A DNA stretch of 64,000 nucleotides from positions 24,486,128-24,550,127 of the forward strand of contig JAHRHZ010000042.1 in NCBI GenBank assembly GCA_024137785.1, in the 5' to 3' direction. The notes under the pieces were generated by a model that was given only the letters and a program-made list of their open reading frames with translations, was not told the origin of the DNA and searched no databases. The translations under genes and the position numbers were made by a program. This DNA is from Ginglymostoma cirratum (taxonomy: Eukaryota). Below are positions 60,901 through 64,000 of the stretch, one piece after another (position 1 is the first letter of the stretch; each line of letters opens with the position of its first letter).

Positions 60901-62924
60901 TTTGCTCCCATTTGCAACTTCCTTTTCTCCCTGTTGTGCAACCTCTTCCTCTGATTCACTGGCCCTTGTAGCCTCATTCTTTGGCCCAGATCCTTTGTAA
61001 TTTCCTTCTTTGCACCCCTTGTCGTCTCATGCATTACCATCACCCCCACCTCCACCTAACCCCACCTGTTCCAACTTCCATTTCCCTGCTGCTCCTGACC
61101 ACTTACAGCCTTCTTCTCCTCCTTTGTGTAGCCTCACTGTTTCCTATCCCTGTTTGCCTTTTATTGCCTCCTGCTTTTCTTCCCCAATCCTTTCAGTCTC
61201 CTCCTTTCCTCACCCCCTTTATCTTTGAGCTTCCTAATTTCCTCACCACATACTCACCACTATCCAGCAAGCCCCTTAATAGGTGGCACTGACAAATCCA
61301 GATGACAGCAATGTCTGTGTCCCAGAGCCAGCTGACAGCAATTGTAGTGACATGTTCACCATTGTTATTTGTCTTCCACCCTGCTTCTCCGATCACTGGC
61401 TGGTTCTATTCTGTTTGCTCAAGAGCCTATCAGCAGCAAATCTGGAAATGAAGCAACCTGTGATTGGAGCAGCAGGTCCTCAGAGTTTCTCACCAATAGG
61501 GACAATGTTGTTCCGACTGGGCACCGCTCAAGCGAGGGATAGATCTGTCTGACCCCAGACCCATCTCAAGAGATGGTCCCCAGTTAGGAGTTCGATTTAA
61601 AACCCCCTCTCCTGGGTCTGAATGTCACCTCTTCTGCCCTCTTGGCTGAATTACGTACAAATTAAAGGATGCTTGGGAGTTAGAAACAAATAGAAGAAAA
61701 CCTGTGACCTTATGCATTCATCGAAATTCATGTCAAATACATCTCAAGAAAAGTGGCAACTGGAAAAGCTATGAGTTGATTTTGTTTTAGTGTCTACATA
61801 AATCTGAAAACATTGAAGAGACTTTCTATAAGCAGCTGTGATAACACCATTGCTAGTAGTGGACTGCGATCACACAGAAAATGTACCACTACATCTTACA
61901 CAGAAATTAATATGAACCTAAGCCTTGTGAGCTGCAGCATGATGATATCAGAGTTTTTTATTCCTTGAGATGTTCAAGGCAGATTGAATTAGTGCCAGCA
62001 AAGTCTGGGCAAGATGTTATTTTGGTTCCGCTGCAAGCTTTCAAATGTACTGCGTGACTATTAGCTGAACAATCAGAATTCTAATGAAAAGTGAATTCTG
62101 AAAACTGAAGCCTGTTATGAATTGCAAGCCTAGGGCAACTGGTATCAGCTTTTCACAGCTAGGAATATAACAAAATAGCATTTTGATAATTGGTGCTGAA
62201 CAGCTTGGATACAGATGGCTTGCTATTATCGGTGAGCGTCATATTTTCTGTCCACAGAGTAGTTCCACAGTTTCACTATTGAGAAGGAAACAAAGAAAAG
62301 AATGCAGATTTCCAAAAATTGTGTAATGAGCTGATGCTCAAAGATTCCCCTTTCTATACAGATGAATTTGAATGAAATGAAAGACAACGCGATTCTAAAT
62401 TAATGTCTCAGTGATTAGCTTATTAAAAGGTCTCTCCTTGTTCTGAAGCAATCAAATCATAGTTTTTGATTTTTCTGCTCAGCCTCCCTTGTGGCTTCTT
62501 GAACAGAAGTACTCTCCTAAATGTTATTTCTGATTTTTTTTTGTTCTCAAGGCATGAGAAAGATAGCGGGAGGAAATTCAAGTTTATTTACCCCCTCCAA
62601 CCCTGTCAGAGTCAAGATCAGACAATAATATGGATAAGACTCAGAATAAAGCTCTCCTTATCTACTCCAACACGGTGCCTGAGGTCTAACACACAAACTG
62701 CCCAATGCTATTGTATACCATTTCACACATAAGGCATTCTCACAGCCAATTTATTGCTGTATTGAAAATAGGTTTCACTCTGTAAACCCAGATCAATTGG
62801 AAACAAGGTTTCCCTTATCATGACATTTTGAAAAGTGGAATTCAGTTTGAAAGGAAAAAGCTGCTTTTTGGAGTGGGGGATAGGCAGTCATGTCTTCTGT
62901 CAAAGCAATAACTAATTCACTAAT

Positions 62925-63117
62925 CTCCATAGAAGTGAAAACTGCCCTGCTTACCGGGTAAGGTCTATAGGTGACTCCACTTCCACACGAGTGTGTTTGA
63001 CTCTTGTTGTCTCAAGTGAACTAACCTGTTTCCTCAATATTCTCTAGGAGCAATGGAAGATGGCAATACATGCTGGCCTTGCTAATAACACCCACATTGT
63101 AAAAATGAAATAAAAAC
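62925..63117 (+). mobile_element. 3' half of tRNA-derived SINE (21196 family)
   Basis: actgccctgcttacc...gtgactcca...ttgactctt...gatggcaatacatgctggccttgct...aatgaaataaaaa. Confidence 0.65.
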
Positions 63118-63579
63118 AAGCTTCTATTGCAAGGAGGGAAAAGGCCTGGCCATTTACTTTCCCATTTTGCTTCTGCTCCAGATTATGATGTTGCATCTAA
63201 CCTCCTTGCTAAGATGTTGTTTTTATTCAAGTAATAGTGATCTCAGTATCTTAATGTGCAGGAAAATAGAACAGTTACAATGGAAAACCATTGCAGTTAA
63301 TGTCTCATTCGCCATGAAGATTTAATATTGGAAGTTTGAAGTTTGAAGTTGCAATGTACAACATATTTTAGTATCAAAAGGACAGTTAGTCACAGAGCAC
63401 AAATCATATGCACAAGCTTCTCCATTAGACAGAGACAATAGTTATATAGGTTGAGAAGTGTCATTCTGCAAGCATGGGACAAGAGGAGGAAGCAGGTCTC
63501 CTTGAGGTACTACTGTTGATACAGGGATCAAACTGCAGGGTTGGTGTCATCCTGTGTTTCACTCTAGCCATCAACTTGA

Positions 63580-64000
63580 CTGAGCAGGAAGTGTGCTGGT
63601 GGTGTTCTTATGCTCCTGCTGCCTTTATCCTTCCAGGCAGTAGAACTCCTCGGTTTGGAAGATACTGTTGAAGGAGATTTGTTGAGTTACTGCAGTGTCT
63701 CTTGTAGATTATAAACACTGCTGCCACCTTACACAGGTAGTGAAGGCAGTGAATGTTGAAGGCAGTGGGTAGGGAACCAATCAAGCAAGTTGCATATGTT
63801 GAACTTCTTGCATGCTGTTAGAGTTGTAACTGCTCAAAGCAAATGAAGGGTATCCACCATACTCCTGATTTATACCGTGTAGCTGGTAAACAGGCATTAC
63901 AAAACAGAAGGTGGGCTCCTCGCTGCAGAATTTCTAATCAAGACCTGTTTTTGTAGCTAAAGGATTGGTATGGCTGGTCAAGTTCAGTTTCTGGTCAGTG
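63580..64000 (-). mobile_element. Degraded LINE fragment (21.0-24.0 kb family), continues past the window end
   Basis: ggtggtgttcttatgctcctgctgcc...tgttgaacttcttg...gctgcagaatt...ggctggtcaagttcagtttctggtca; shares blocks with 43500-43640. Confidence 0.65.

Noticed and set aside
60843-61552. Cluster of overlapping ORFs
   Set aside because: Explained by a low-complexity pyrimidine-rich tract depleted of stop codons; no homology recognised

Overview
Vertebrate nuclear, repeat-rich, non-genic (intergenic or deep intronic) DNA, almost certainly from an elasmobranch (shark/ray): it carries HE1-type V-SINEs and HER1/CR1-type LINEs. I found no intact host protein-coding exon, rRNA, tRNA gene or CRISPR array. 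Every ORF with recognisable homology is a broken transposon protein: CR1 ORF1 SGNH-esterase and ORF2 APE/RT, Rex1/Babar RT C-terminus, two Penelope-like (PLE) RT/GIY-YIG families, a Tigger/pogo DDE transposase and a Harbinger-type Myb/SANT remnant. The most striking signal is a dense set (about 20 copies, at least four sequence families) of minimal type-I hammerhead-ribozyme motifs (CTGANGA-N-stemII-GAAA-palindromic ACGT/AGCT). They occur in PLE termini and in 90-270 bp non-coding mini-elements that are often hairpin-shaped, carry 8-15 bp target-site duplications and have a 30-40 nt tail on one arm only. Several are nested in a 4.3 kb palindromic PLE at 15.3-19.6 kb. Other oddities: a 300 bp inverted-repeat pair with an identity gradient (46.4-48.0 kb), a locally templated inverted copy with junction stutter (31.8 kb), and a 400 N gap that looks like a palindrome artefact. 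All calls were made by eye; boundaries of old repeats are approximate, and family names rest on remembered consensus motifs, not database searches.
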